In this document: positions 50,586-59,978 of the stretch, one piece after another
How the letters are laid out: each line of letters opens with the position of its first letter
Numbering within the stretch: position 1 is the first letter of the stretch
DNA from: Candidatus Methanoperedenaceae archaeon
Lineage (GTDB): Archaea; Halobacteriota; Methanosarcinia; Methanosarcinales; Methanoperedenaceae
NCBI GenBank assembly: GCA_963753595.1
Contig: CAVWCX010000006.1
Span: 30,937-94,936 of the forward strand
Reading direction: 5' to 3'
DNA length: 64,000 nt
Notes under the pieces: generated by a model
Told to the model about the DNA's origin: nothing
Databases searched by the model: none
Seen by the model: the letters and a program-made list of their open reading frames with translations, nothing else
Translations under genes and position numbers: made by a program

Positions 50586-52073
50586 ATGAGTTCAACGAAA
50601 TCGTTGTGCCCTGAATGTCTTGCTGTTATCGATGCTTCGATAATTGAAGAGAATGGAAAAATGATCCTTGAAAAAACGTGCAAAAAACACGGGCTTTACA
50701 AGGATATCTACTGGTCTGATCCAGTGCAGTTCAAGCGTTTTGAACGTTACTCACATGATGGCGGCGGCGTATTAAATCCAAGCGGGCCTGATGGGAATTG
50801 TCCCCATTCATGCGGGATCTGTACGTCTCATAAAACAACTACGATCCTTGCGAACATTGATGTCACAAACCGATGCAACCAGGCATGTCCTGTATGTTTT
50901 GCCAATGCTTCAGCCTCAGGATATCTTTACGAACCAACACTATCCCAGATCAGGACAATGATGCAGATGCTTCGAAATGAAAAGCCAGTGCCATGCCCTG
51001 CCATTCAGTTTTCCGGGGGTGAGCCCACGATGCGTGAGGATATCGTCGATATAGTAAAGATGGCACGCGAATTTAATTTCACGCAGGTCCAGATGGCAAC
51101 CAACGGGATCAAACTTTCAAGGAGCCTGGAATTATGCCGGCAATTAAATGATGCAGGTCTTCATACGGTTTACCTGCAATTTGACGGGGTGACAAAAGAG
51201 CCTTATATCAAGAACAGGGGCTTCAATGCGTTGCCGATCAAACTTAAAGCCATCGAGAATTGCAGGATGGGGGGCCTTGACAGTGTTTCTCTTGTGCCGA
51301 CACTTGCAAAAGGTGTAAACGATATGCAGGTAGGCGATATTATCCATTTTGCCATTCAGAATATGGATACTGTAAAAGGGATCAATTTCCAGCCAATTTC
51401 ATTTGCAGGAAGGATAAATAAAGAAGAGAGGATGGAAAAAAGAATCACTATATCTGACTTATTTAGATTGATAGATGAACAGACAGAAGGGGCGATCACA
51501 GCAAAGGATTTCTATCCAGTTCCTTTTGTTGTACCGATCTCTCATTTTGTGGCAGCGCAAGAAGGTATCCCGAATATCGAATTTACCGTCCATCAGCATT
51601 GTGGTGCGGGTACATATGTTTATATTGAAAATGGAAAAATGATACCTATAACCCGCTTTATTGATGTGGAAGGGCTTCTTGAAAATATAGAGGACCTGGC
51701 CTTGAATGGGGATAAATGGCTTGGCAAATCACTCGGGAAAATAAAAAGGATCAGCAGCCTTATTTCCATATTGCCAAAATATATCGATCTTTCAAAAGCT
51801 CCAAAGTCGGTAGATGTGAAAAAACTCTTTATAGATGTCCTGAAAGAAGGATCCGGGGAAGCTACAAAGGAATTCCATCGGCATACTCTCTTTATAGGTT
51901 CCATGCATTTTATGGATCTGTATAATATGGATATTGAGAGGATCAAAAGATGTGGAGTTCATTATGCAACTCCCGATGGGAAGATCATTCCTTTTTGCAC
52001 CTATAATACGATATACAGGGCACAGGTGGAGAAAAAATTCTCAACACCGTTATTAAGGGTAAGGGCATCGTGA
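50586..52073 (+). CDS. tes: Radical SAM tetraether lipid synthase (Tes/GDGT-MAS, MJ0619 family)
   Basis: N-terminal CPEC...CKKHG, CPHSCGIC, CNQACPVC radical SAM motif, HQHCG, C-terminal RCGVHYATPDGKIIPFC. Confidence 0.82.
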   Translation: MSSTKSLCPECLAVIDASIIEENGKMILEKTCKKHGLYKDIYWSDPVQFKRFERYSHDGGGVLNPSGPDGNCPHSCGICTSHKTTTILANIDVTNRCNQACPVCFANASASGYLYEPTLSQIRTMMQMLRNEKPVPCPAIQFSGGEPTMREDIVDIVKMAREFNFTQVQMATNGIKLSRSLELCRQLNDAGLHTVYLQFDGVTKEPYIKNRGFNALPIKLKAIENCRMGGLDSVSLVPTLAKGVNDMQVGDIIHFAIQNMDTVKGINFQPISFAGRINKEERMEKRITISDLFRLIDEQTEGAITAKDFYPVPFVVPISHFVAAQEGIPNIEFTVHQHCGAGTYVYIENGKMIPITRFIDVEGLLENIEDLALNGDKWLGKSLGKIKRISSLISILPKYIDLSKAPKSVDVKKLFIDVLKEGSGEATKEFHRHTLFIGSMHFMDLYNMDIERIKRCGVHYATPDGKIIPFCTYNTIYRAQVEKKFSTPLLRVRAS

Positions 52074-52082
52074 GATCCGGAA

Positions 52083-53117
52083 ATGCCCTTTGATGATCCC
52101 ATTTATCTTCCAAGATACCTGAAAGTAATGAGAGATAAACTCCCATCTCAATTCCTTATTTCCCAATCCATACCTGTTGATTTCAGCATGGATTCGGATA
52201 TTTCTGATCTCTGGGAATTACATGATGCGGCAATGAAATCATTCCAGGAAAAATTCGATCATATAAAATCTGTTAAAGAACTTCTTCCGCGCGCAGTTTC
52301 TTCTCTTCTTGACCTGAAAGTTGCTATTGCTGATAAGATCCTTCGGGAATGCCATTTCTGTGAACGCAGATGCGGGATCGATCGTAAAAAGAAAGAAACA
52401 GGATATTGCCGGATGGATGCTATCTCCCGGTATTCCGCAGAGTTCCTGCATCATGGCGAAGAACCGGAACTTGTGCCATCACATACGATATTTTTCACAG
52501 GCTGCAACTTTTCTTGTGTATATTGCCAGAACTGGCAGATATCGACTGAACCAAAAAGAGGTATTCCAATATTGCCTGAGGAATTTGCACGAAAGATAGC
52601 CTTGCAGCGAGCATACGGTTCGAGGAATGTGAATTTTGTTACGCCCACCCCGCATACTCACACCATCCTGAAAATACTGAATGCACTAAAGGTAAATGTT
52701 CCTGTAGTCTGGAACTCCAATATGTATTATTCCAGCGAGGTCGCAAAACTCCTTGAGGGTGTGGTAGATGTGTATCTCGGAGATTTACGTTATGGGAATG
52801 ATGAGTGTGCCCTGAAATATTCGAATGTTTTGAATTACTGGCCAATTGTAACACGAAATTTCAAGACAGCGTACAAAAGTAGTGAGATCCTGCTGCGACA
52901 GCTTGTTATTCCAAACCATATCGATTGCTGTACAAGACCGGTCATTGAATGGACAAAAGAGAATATCCCGAAAGTGAGGTTTAACCTGATGTTCCAGTAT
53001 TCTCCTCACTACAGGGCACATGAATTTCCACAGATCAATCGAAAGCTGACAGGAGAGGAATGCCAGAAAGCGGTTGATATTTTGAAAAAGTCCGGGCTTG
53101 ATGATATCATGATCTAG
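52083..53117 (+). CDS. PflX-like radical SAM protein
   Basis: CHFCERRCGIDR, HHGEEPELVPSHTIFFTGCNFSCVYCQN, VVWNSNMY. Confidence 0.85.
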   Translation: MPFDDPIYLPRYLKVMRDKLPSQFLISQSIPVDFSMDSDISDLWELHDAAMKSFQEKFDHIKSVKELLPRAVSSLLDLKVAIADKILRECHFCERRCGIDRKKKETGYCRMDAISRYSAEFLHHGEEPELVPSHTIFFTGCNFSCVYCQNWQISTEPKRGIPILPEEFARKIALQRAYGSRNVNFVTPTPHTHTILKILNALKVNVPVVWNSNMYYSSEVAKLLEGVVDVYLGDLRYGNDECALKYSNVLNYWPIVTRNFKTAYKSSEILLRQLVIPNHIDCCTRPVIEWTKENIPKVRFNLMFQYSPHYRAHEFPQINRKLTGEECQKAVDILKKSGLDDIMI

Positions 53118-53182
53118 ATCATATTTTTATTTTATTAGCCGGGGATATTTATATATATTATTATATTGATATTATAGATGCC

Positions 53183-55177
53183 ATGAACGATCTGTCATTT
53201 TTGCGGGATTTTGTAATTATTTTTAGCGCTGCGGTCTCTATTAATTTTTTGTTCTATCGCCTTCGCATTGCCCCGATTGTAGGTTATTTGATGGCGGGCG
53301 TGCTCCTTGGTCCTTCTATGCTCGGGATTGTAAATGATACGGGCCTGATCGAAGGGCTGGCGGAAGTCGGTGTGATCTTATTATTGTTTTTGATCGGGAT
53401 TGAATTCTCTATTGAAGAACTTATCAATATCAATCGTAAGGTGTTTCTTGGCGGATTTATTCAGGTATTTTTAATTACCGCAGTGGTTCTGTTAATTTCT
53501 GTTTCCTTTGGTGTTTCAATTGCTAAAGGTATATTTATAGGCCTTCTGGTTGCAATGAGCAGTACCGCTATTGTATTTAAATTGCTTTCAGATAGGGGTG
53601 AAATGGACTCTCCGCAGGGCCGAATTTCGGCCGGAATCCTGATCTTTCAGGACCTTAGTGTTGTTGGAATAGTTTTAGTTTTACCAATGCTGGCTGGAGG
53701 GTCCGGTTTTTCTGCTTTTAATGTTTTATCGAGTGTTTTTTGGGCATTCGCTATCATGGGTCTTGTTATAGCAGTATCCAGGTTCGTTGTTCCATTAATA
53801 CTGGACAATATAGTACAGACACACAGCCGCGAGTTATTTTTGATCAGCATTGTCCTTATCTGCATAGGAACCGCATGGCTGACATCGCTTGTGGGTTTAT
53901 CGCTTGCGCTTGGCGCTTTTCTTGCAGGTCTTGTGATCTCTGAATCGCAGTACGGACACCAGGCATTCAGTGAGATCCTTCCCCTTAAGGATATTTTCGT
54001 TATTCTGTTCTTTGTTTCAATTGGTATGCTGCTGGATGTAAATTCTGTAATTCGAAATCCCTTATACGTATTCCTGGGGGTGCTTACAATTTTTGTGATC
54101 AAGTTTATTGTCGGAATGTTAGTACCTATAGTGCTTGGTTACCCTCTCAGGATAGGCATACTTGTTGGAGTAGCCCTTTCCCAGATAGGTGAATTCTCTT
54201 TTGTTTTAGCAAAGGAAGGAATAAATTTTGGTTTACTATCAGGTGATGATTACCAGGTTTTTCTTGCATCTGCGATCATTACAATGGTGTTCACCCCGTT
54301 TATGATACAGGGAAGCGGCAGGTTCTCTGAGTATTTTGAAAGATTACCTTTATCTAATGCCCTTAAGCTTGGGCGCTTTCATGAAGAAGTTAACAGGAGA
54401 ACGGAACTGAAGAACCATGTGATAATTGTTGGTTTTGGGTTGAATGGCAGGAATGTTTCAAGAGTACTGTCTGCATCAGGTATTCCTTTTATTGTGCTTG
54501 AAATGAATCCCGAAACCGTTCGAATTGAGAAAAAACAGGGTGTTCCAATATTTTATGGTGATGCTTCCAAAGAAGCATTGTTAAAACATGTTAATATTGA
54601 GTCGGCGCTTTCCGTGGTCATTGCTATTTCCGATGCCTCTGCCACCCGAAGGATCGTAGAACTTGCCCGGAGGCTTAATCCTTCAGTATATATCATTGCC
54701 CGAACCCGATATACAAAAGAAGTAACTCCATTGTATTCTCTTGGCGCAAATGATGTCATTCCTGAAGAATTTGAAACTTCGATCGAGATCATTTCAAGGG
54801 TATTACACCGGTATTTTATTCCAGTCAATGAAATAGAAAAACACATCCGTGAGGTCAGGAAGGGTGGTTATGAGATATTTCGCAATGTAGAGCAAAAATA
54901 TGCTGTTTTTCCCGAATTAAAACAACATTTACCGGATATTGATATCGAAACGTTCAGAATAGAAGAGGCATCCCCGTTAGCAGGAAAGACTCTTGCAGAG
55001 GTTAGTTTAAGAAAGAATTACGGGGTTACGGTACTGGCAATAAAGCGAGGAAAAGAGACTATAACAAATCCTACGGGTGATATTCGTTTGGATGCCAATG
55101 ATATTGTTATTTTGATCGGGAAAATGGACAGTATAAATAGGGTATCATCATTGGTTTTGTCACCGTCTAAGAAATGA
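53183..55177 (+). CDS. CPA2/Kef-type cation:proton antiporter with TrkA-N and TrkA-C domains
   Basis: SSTAIV, ILIFQDL, LGAFLAG, QIGEFSFVL, GFGLNG, RKNYGVTVLAI. Confidence 0.92.
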   Translation: MNDLSFLRDFVIIFSAAVSINFLFYRLRIAPIVGYLMAGVLLGPSMLGIVNDTGLIEGLAEVGVILLLFLIGIEFSIEELININRKVFLGGFIQVFLITAVVLLISVSFGVSIAKGIFIGLLVAMSSTAIVFKLLSDRGEMDSPQGRISAGILIFQDLSVVGIVLVLPMLAGGSGFSAFNVLSSVFWAFAIMGLVIAVSRFVVPLILDNIVQTHSRELFLISIVLICIGTAWLTSLVGLSLALGAFLAGLVISESQYGHQAFSEILPLKDIFVILFFVSIGMLLDVNSVIRNPLYVFLGVLTIFVIKFIVGMLVPIVLGYPLRIGILVGVALSQIGEFSFVLAKEGINFGLLSGDDYQVFLASAIITMVFTPFMIQGSGRFSEYFERLPLSNALKLGRFHEEVNRRTELKNHVIIVGFGLNGRNVSRVLSASGIPFIVLEMNPETVRIEKKQGVPIFYGDASKEALLKHVNIESALSVVIAISDASATRRIVELARRLNPSVYIIARTRYTKEVTPLYSLGANDVIPEEFETSIEIISRVLHRYFIPVNEIEKHIREVRKGGYEIFRNVEQKYAVFPELKQHLPDIDIETFRIEEASPLAGKTLAEVSLRKNYGVTVLAIKRGKETITNPTGDIRLDANDIVILIGKMDSINRVSSLVLSPSKK

Positions 55178-55304
55178 TGATCTGCATTTGATATTTAACG
55201 AATATCAAATAATAAAATTTATTTATACCCAATTATTTTCTCATATTCTTTCATCATAATTAGTTTTTTCAAATTTCAACCTAAAATGATTATATATCCG
55301 CCAT

Positions 55305-55332
55305 TTGACAGGATTTACAGGATGGACAGGAT
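55305..55332. repeat. Short periodic tandem repeat (acaggat x3)
   Basis: ttgacaggatttacaggatggacaggat between convergent genes. Confidence 0.7.
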
Positions 55333-55392
55333 ATATTTAAGTAACCTATGTAGATGCAGTCAATATGGTTAAGTGACAAATTACGGTTTTGG

Positions 55393-56580
55393 TTACATTA
55401 TGCCAAGAACCTCTAACAACTTTTGACCCTTTTCTTCAATCGCATTTAGCTTATCTTGTACCTCAGATTTCTTAAGATATATTTCATGTCTTGTCCCATG
55501 TTCATCCTCGGATTTGAGGGACAGTTCTTCTCCTGAGGGGCTGTGTTTTTTTATCTCTGCCACTGTAATGGCAAAGATCCCTGCGACTTTCTGCATAAGC
55601 ATAAAAACAAGATTCTCCTCAAAAACATCCTTTTCTTCCAGGAATATGGTTTCTAACTTTTGTCTCTTGGGGTAAAGATCATTTGTTTTTCCGGCAATTT
55701 TTTCTCCAAGCTCCTGAAGTCTTAACATATTTAATTCATTTTTCAATTCAGGAACAGCATTAATGCTCTTCTCTATTCCGTTCTCCTCTGCATAGGACAC
55801 CTCGACTGAGAATTCATCCTTTAATATCATTTTCAACCTGAATTGTTCAGCCTTGATGTCAGGCCTTTTCCTGAAAACGACCTCAAGCTCTTTATCAATA
55901 AGAATAAGGTCGCTAAGAAGGAAATCATCGATGTTTACATTATCGGGGACAATGTCTTTTTTGAGAAATGGTTTTTTCATCCTGGCAGGGATCTCCATAC
56001 CTTTTGCAAAATCACGGGCTCTTACATGACCTTTCCAGAACTGGGATTCTGATGATGCAATGTTATAAAAGCAGGAAATGCCGCCTTCGCAGTCTACCTG
56101 TACTTTTGTAATGTAACCTTTTTCCGCTGCTTTCAGGATGTATTTATTGCCTGATACCGGTATGGGATCGTAGATAAAGAAGTTCTCCAATAATTTCCTG
56201 TTCTCCTCGTCTGCCTCAATGATCTTTTTTTCAAATTGCGCGATCTCCTTGGATATTTCATCCGTGAACTTTGTTTTGCTTTCTTCTATATATTTTTTCA
56301 AGAATTCTTTGCTGTTATCCGCATATTTTATGATCGTTTCCTGCTCTTTACTCCTGGAAACTGCTCCATCAATAGCGTTCTCAATTGTCAGGATAAAGTT
56401 ATCCATTTCATCTGTAACAGAATTCTTAAGCCTCCTTCTGTCCACTATCGTTTCATTGAGGTCAAAAACAGCGTTTTCAAATTTTATAGTTTTAACACTT
56501 GTTTCTACAAAATTGTTCAACAGTCTCAGAAAATCCTTTTGAGGAGGGAATTCAGTTGAATCTCCATATAAGTATTTCAT
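55393..56580 (-). CDS. Hypothetical protein with N-terminal YLYGDST motif and coiled coil
   Basis: 395-aa ORF with normal codon usage; helical N-half, beta-rich C-half. Confidence 0.8.
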   Translation of the reverse strand: MKYLYGDSTEFPPQKDFLRLLNNFVETSVKTIKFENAVFDLNETIVDRRRLKNSVTDEMDNFILTIENAIDGAVSRSKEQETIIKYADNSKEFLKKYIEESKTKFTDEISKEIAQFEKKIIEADEENRKLLENFFIYDPIPVSGNKYILKAAEKGYITKVQVDCEGGISCFYNIASSESQFWKGHVRARDFAKGMEIPARMKKPFLKKDIVPDNVNIDDFLLSDLILIDKELEVVFRKRPDIKAEQFRLKMILKDEFSVEVSYAEENGIEKSINAVPELKNELNMLRLQELGEKIAGKTNDLYPKRQKLETIFLEEKDVFEENLVFMLMQKVAGIFAITVAEIKKHSPSGEELSLKSEDEHGTRHEIYLKKSEVQDKLNAIEEKGQKLLEVLGIM

Positions 56581-56742
56581 TTAATTTGTCTCCCTGTATT
56601 TGTATAAGGCTTCCTCTTTGCAAGTTTTATTTGATCGAATATTAAAAAATTTGCATTCTTGCCCACACATAGCATTAGATATTCTCTTCCTGAATAAAAC
56701 ATTGTCGTCATTGTTCGCTTTCTGTTAACACAAGCACATAAA

Positions 56743-58312
56743 TCATACTCCCACATCCATCTCCTCATCCGCCTTCACTTCCGGCGCCCTGTGCTTTTCC
56801 TCATACTTCCTTTCCGCCGCCCAGATAGCTGGCGCATCCTTGCTCCTCCCTTTTGTATCACTCGTCAGCCTCTTTCGGATCTTGACAAGCGCCGGGGTAT
56901 TTATCGCCACACCTGAAATGATCGCCTGGCCTTTTGCAAGCGATGGCAGCTCTGAGATCAGGTCCCTGCTTGCAGATTCGATGCTCTGGGCTATCTGCTG
57001 CTGGTCTGTCGGGTTTATTATTCGCATTGTGATCTGGGTCATGCATTGCGAGAGGGAATCCGCATCCAGCTTGCTGGGGCGCTGTGAGACAAGGCATACA
57101 CCGATCCCGAATTTCCTGCCTTCTGAGAGAATGGTCTTTAAGATGCTCTTTGATTTTGCCTCGCCGCTTTGCGGAGCGAACCTGTGGGCTTCCTCGATCA
57201 CCAAAAAAACAGGATAGGGAAGGAATTTATCCACATGGGATTCATTGTACCTGTTGTTCTCTGTGCCCTCGCGCGCATCGAACAGGCGGCGCAGCATTAT
57301 CGAAGCGATCAATTGCTGGAATGTCTTCCTCGATGCCGGAAACGTCCATTATAGTGAGCTGCCCGACTTTGAAATAATCGGCAAGGGGAATGGTCTGGAA
57401 ATCATCAAAAATGGATGCATACAATTTCCCGAACCTCCACATGATGCCTTCGATCGTGGACTCGTTATTTGAATCCCGAAGAGCCTCTATCTCCTGTTTT
57501 AATTCGTTGCGGGTGAACTGCTTTTTACTGTTGTTTTTAAGGTTATGAAAAGCCGAACGGAACAGTGTCTTCATCTTATCAGACATTGTCCCATCATCCA
57601 TGATACTGATAAAATCGCCAATCAGAAGGTCGCTTATCCTGATCTTGATATCCTTTGGTTTAACTATCCTCACTTTCGGGCGATATGTTGAAGTCACAAA
57701 TTCTGGCGCGTTTGAAATTTCACCAAGGGAAGAGTATTCCCCGTGGGGGTCGAAAATAAGCACAGGAGCCATGTTTTGGGGCTTTAGCAGCTCTTCAACC
57801 AGTACGCCGACAGTATATGATTTCCCGGCGCCGGTAGATGCGATCACTGATATATGCTGGCTCACGATATCACGTACGGATAACACGATACCTGTCTTTT
57901 CACCAAGCACGTTACCGATTAATGCAGAGCCGGAGCCACCTCCTTTTACTTTGCTTATATCTTTCAGGATATCCTCGCCCGCGCGGTCGATCTTCACGCC
58001 GCTTGCAGGATTTGTCCTGGGATTTATGAATTCACCCATCGATGTATCAAAATAGCCCACCACCGATGCAGAATATGAATAATATTTGAAATCCTGTGGA
58101 TCAAGGCCGTAAAATGCAGAAACGTCATCAGGAGAAAGCTCCATATCCATAAGGAATTCCTGCGGATACTGTTTGAGGGGCTCTCCATGTTTCACCCTGC
58201 ACAGGATCTTTCTTTCACCTTCATTGTAGGATGCGAACATCCCGGCAGGAAGCCTTTCTCCTGAAATGAATGAAAATCCCTCTTCATCCGAATGATTGAC
58301 GATTCCAATCAT
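56743..58312 (-). CDS. herA: HerA/FtsK-family helicase (split by an apparent +1 frameshift near 57318)
   Basis: HISVIASTGAGKS (Walker A), IFDPHGEY, VIEEAHRFAP (Walker B), EGRKFG, SQRP; removing one C from GAC ATT CCAG restores DIQQLIASIMLRRLF. Confidence 0.9.
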
Positions 58313-58383
58313 AAGAACCTCCCTTTATCATCAGTTAAGAAACAAAAGGTACATTTTGATTTTATCCTGGAAAATGAATCAAG

Positions 58384-58451
58384 AACCACAGAGCACTCAG
58401 AGAACACAGAGCTTTGCCATTTTCTCTGTGTCCTCTGTGCTCTCTGTGGTT
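58384..58451. repeat. REP-like hairpin of periodic units (cacagag)
   Basis: aaccacagagcactcagagaacacagag ... ctctgtgtcctctgtgctctctgtggtt inverted arms. Confidence 0.85.
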
Positions 58452-58527
58452 TTTCAAATATCTGGTCTTCAAGAGCATAATTTCTCGAATCCTGAGTTCC
58501 CTCCCTGCCTTAATCTATAATATATTA

Positions 58528-58644
58528 GCCGCAGATAAACGCAGATAAACGCAGATGGATAACGATAGAACGCGGATTGCGCGGATGACACGGATACGCA
58601 CGGATCCGTGATAATCCGCGCAATCTGCGTCATCCGTGTTCTAT
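58528..58644. repeat. Tandem cgcagataaa x3 followed by a REP-like hairpin of 9-nt units
   Basis: atagaacgcggattgcgcggatgacacggat ... atccgcgcaatctgcgtcatccgtgttctat. Confidence 0.85.
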
Positions 58645-58715
58645 TTAGACTGAAATAGTAATCATTAACTCCTTTGAAAATATACAGATCGAACGGTCAA
58701 AATTCTTAACCCTTA

Positions 58716-59243
58716 TTAATGTAAATCCCTCCGGATATATTTTCGAACAAGCTTCAACATAGATTTGCATTCAGGACACTGCGCCTCAACCTGGTCGATC
58801 ATTGAAATGAGGACATTTTGTGAAAGATCATTCCTGTTGGAGTGAAAATAAGCGATACCTGGCTTTCCGTTCAGTGTATGAAATAACTTCAATTCCTCAT
58901 TGTTCAGCAATTCAACATTGTCCCGTACATCAGGTGGTGAATCGATATCGTATTTTACTATCCCGTTATGGATCATCCCAAGCCCATGGATAAAATAATA
59001 GCTGTTCCTGAAATCCTCATTAAAAGGAGCATACTTGGGCGCCAATTCAGGGTCAATATAAGGAATAAGGTCTTCCCATATTGAATTTGTGATGTTCTTT
59101 ATTACTCCTACGATCAATACGTCATCTTTTCTTATTTTGACGAAACTTCCTATGCGTTCTTTTTTAGCATCGGGCGGAATTTTTGCCACATAAGTCCGCG
59201 CGTCTTCAACCCTTATTATGTCTCCTAATGTCATTTTATCCAT
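58716..59243 (-). CDS. Stand-alone HAS-barrel-like protein of the nurA-herA operon
   Basis: MDKMTLGDIIRV...IGSFVKI...IVGVIKNI...LG...ELKLFH; lies between nurA and herA; the ORF track fuses it to the upstream PIN gene. Confidence 0.7.
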   Translation of the reverse strand: MDKMTLGDIIRVEDARTYVAKIPPDAKKERIGSFVKIRKDDVLIVGVIKNITNSIWEDLIPYIDPELAPKYAPFNEDFRNSYYFIHGLGMIHNGIVKYDIDSPPDVRDNVELLNNEELKLFHTLNGKPGIAYFHSNRNDLSQNVLISMIDQVEAQCPECKSMLKLVRKYIRRDLH

Positions 59244-59245
59244 CC

Positions 59246-59657
59246 TCAATTTTGACCAATAATACTTATGATTCCATTGAATTCTAGAATCATATGTAAA
59301 AAGCGTATCAATCTCATGCCTTTCCATAAGTGCTATATTCGTACAATCTGTAAAACTGAAATTCTTGTCCCTGTATTTCAGATAAAGCTCCCATGCCCTA
59401 TCAAAGTCGAATGGCTCAATGAACCGGAATATGATCGGTCTGGTTCGAGCAAATCGTCCCAGGTCTTCTGAAAAATTCTTATTGCCGGTCCTGATATAAG
59501 CAATGGTTACTGCCTCATCGAAAATATAATCGCTGATATACATTTTTCCAAATTCGCCTTTTAAAGCCCTGGTCATGATATCAAGTGCTTTATTATGGTT
59601 CCTGTCATCAGCATTCCTGGCTGCAACAAGCGCAGAAGTGTCAATAAGAAGGCTCAT
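59246..59657 (-). CDS. vapC: PIN-domain (VapC) toxin; apparent +1 frameshift near 59285
   Basis: LIDTSAL, SDYIFDE, SFTDC, TYDS; removing one base gives YDSEFNGIISIIGQN* ending at 59246. Confidence 0.82.
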
Positions 59658-59917
59658 GGATTCCCGTAAAGATGGCGGTCAATATCTTCTGAAGAATCTG
59701 CAACTCCCCAATGCACTGGTTTTTTCAACATTAATAGGGCTGTAGTATCTTCTTTTTTCAGGATTTTTTTTATAGTAGCAATATCTGCATTTGATATGAG
59801 TATATCGAGGATCTTTTTTTCTGTAATTTTAATTCCACTGGTGCGTAATTGTTGATGCATAGTATCAAGTATTATTTTTGCATCTGAACTTATTTTAACG
59901 CTAGTGTTCTCAGTCAT
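59654..59917 (-). CDS. Putative VapB-type antitoxin
   Basis: TSVKIS (RHH-like strand) and C-terminal DSSEDIDRHLYG; ATGA overlap with vapC. Confidence 0.75.
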   Translation of the reverse strand: MTENTSVKISSDAKIILDTMHQQLRTSGIKITEKKILDILISNADIATIKKILKKEDTTALLMLKKPVHWGVADSSEDIDRHLYGNP

Positions 59918-59978
59918 ATAAGTCTACTTTCTACTTTCTACCAAATAAATGATTTGTCTGGTTCCATTTCTTCAGAAT

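Noticed and set aside
56577-56768. 63-aa ORF between herA and the hypothetical gene
   Set aside because: It overlaps the herA end, has no RBS or motif, and is probably spurious.
58716-59657. Apparent novel PIN toxin-HAS barrel fusion protein (313 aa) in the ORF track
   Set aside because: Removing one base near 59285 restores a typical PIN C-terminus (YDSEFNGII...stop) just before a separate ATG. Neighbouring genes show similar indels, so the fusion is most likely an artefact.
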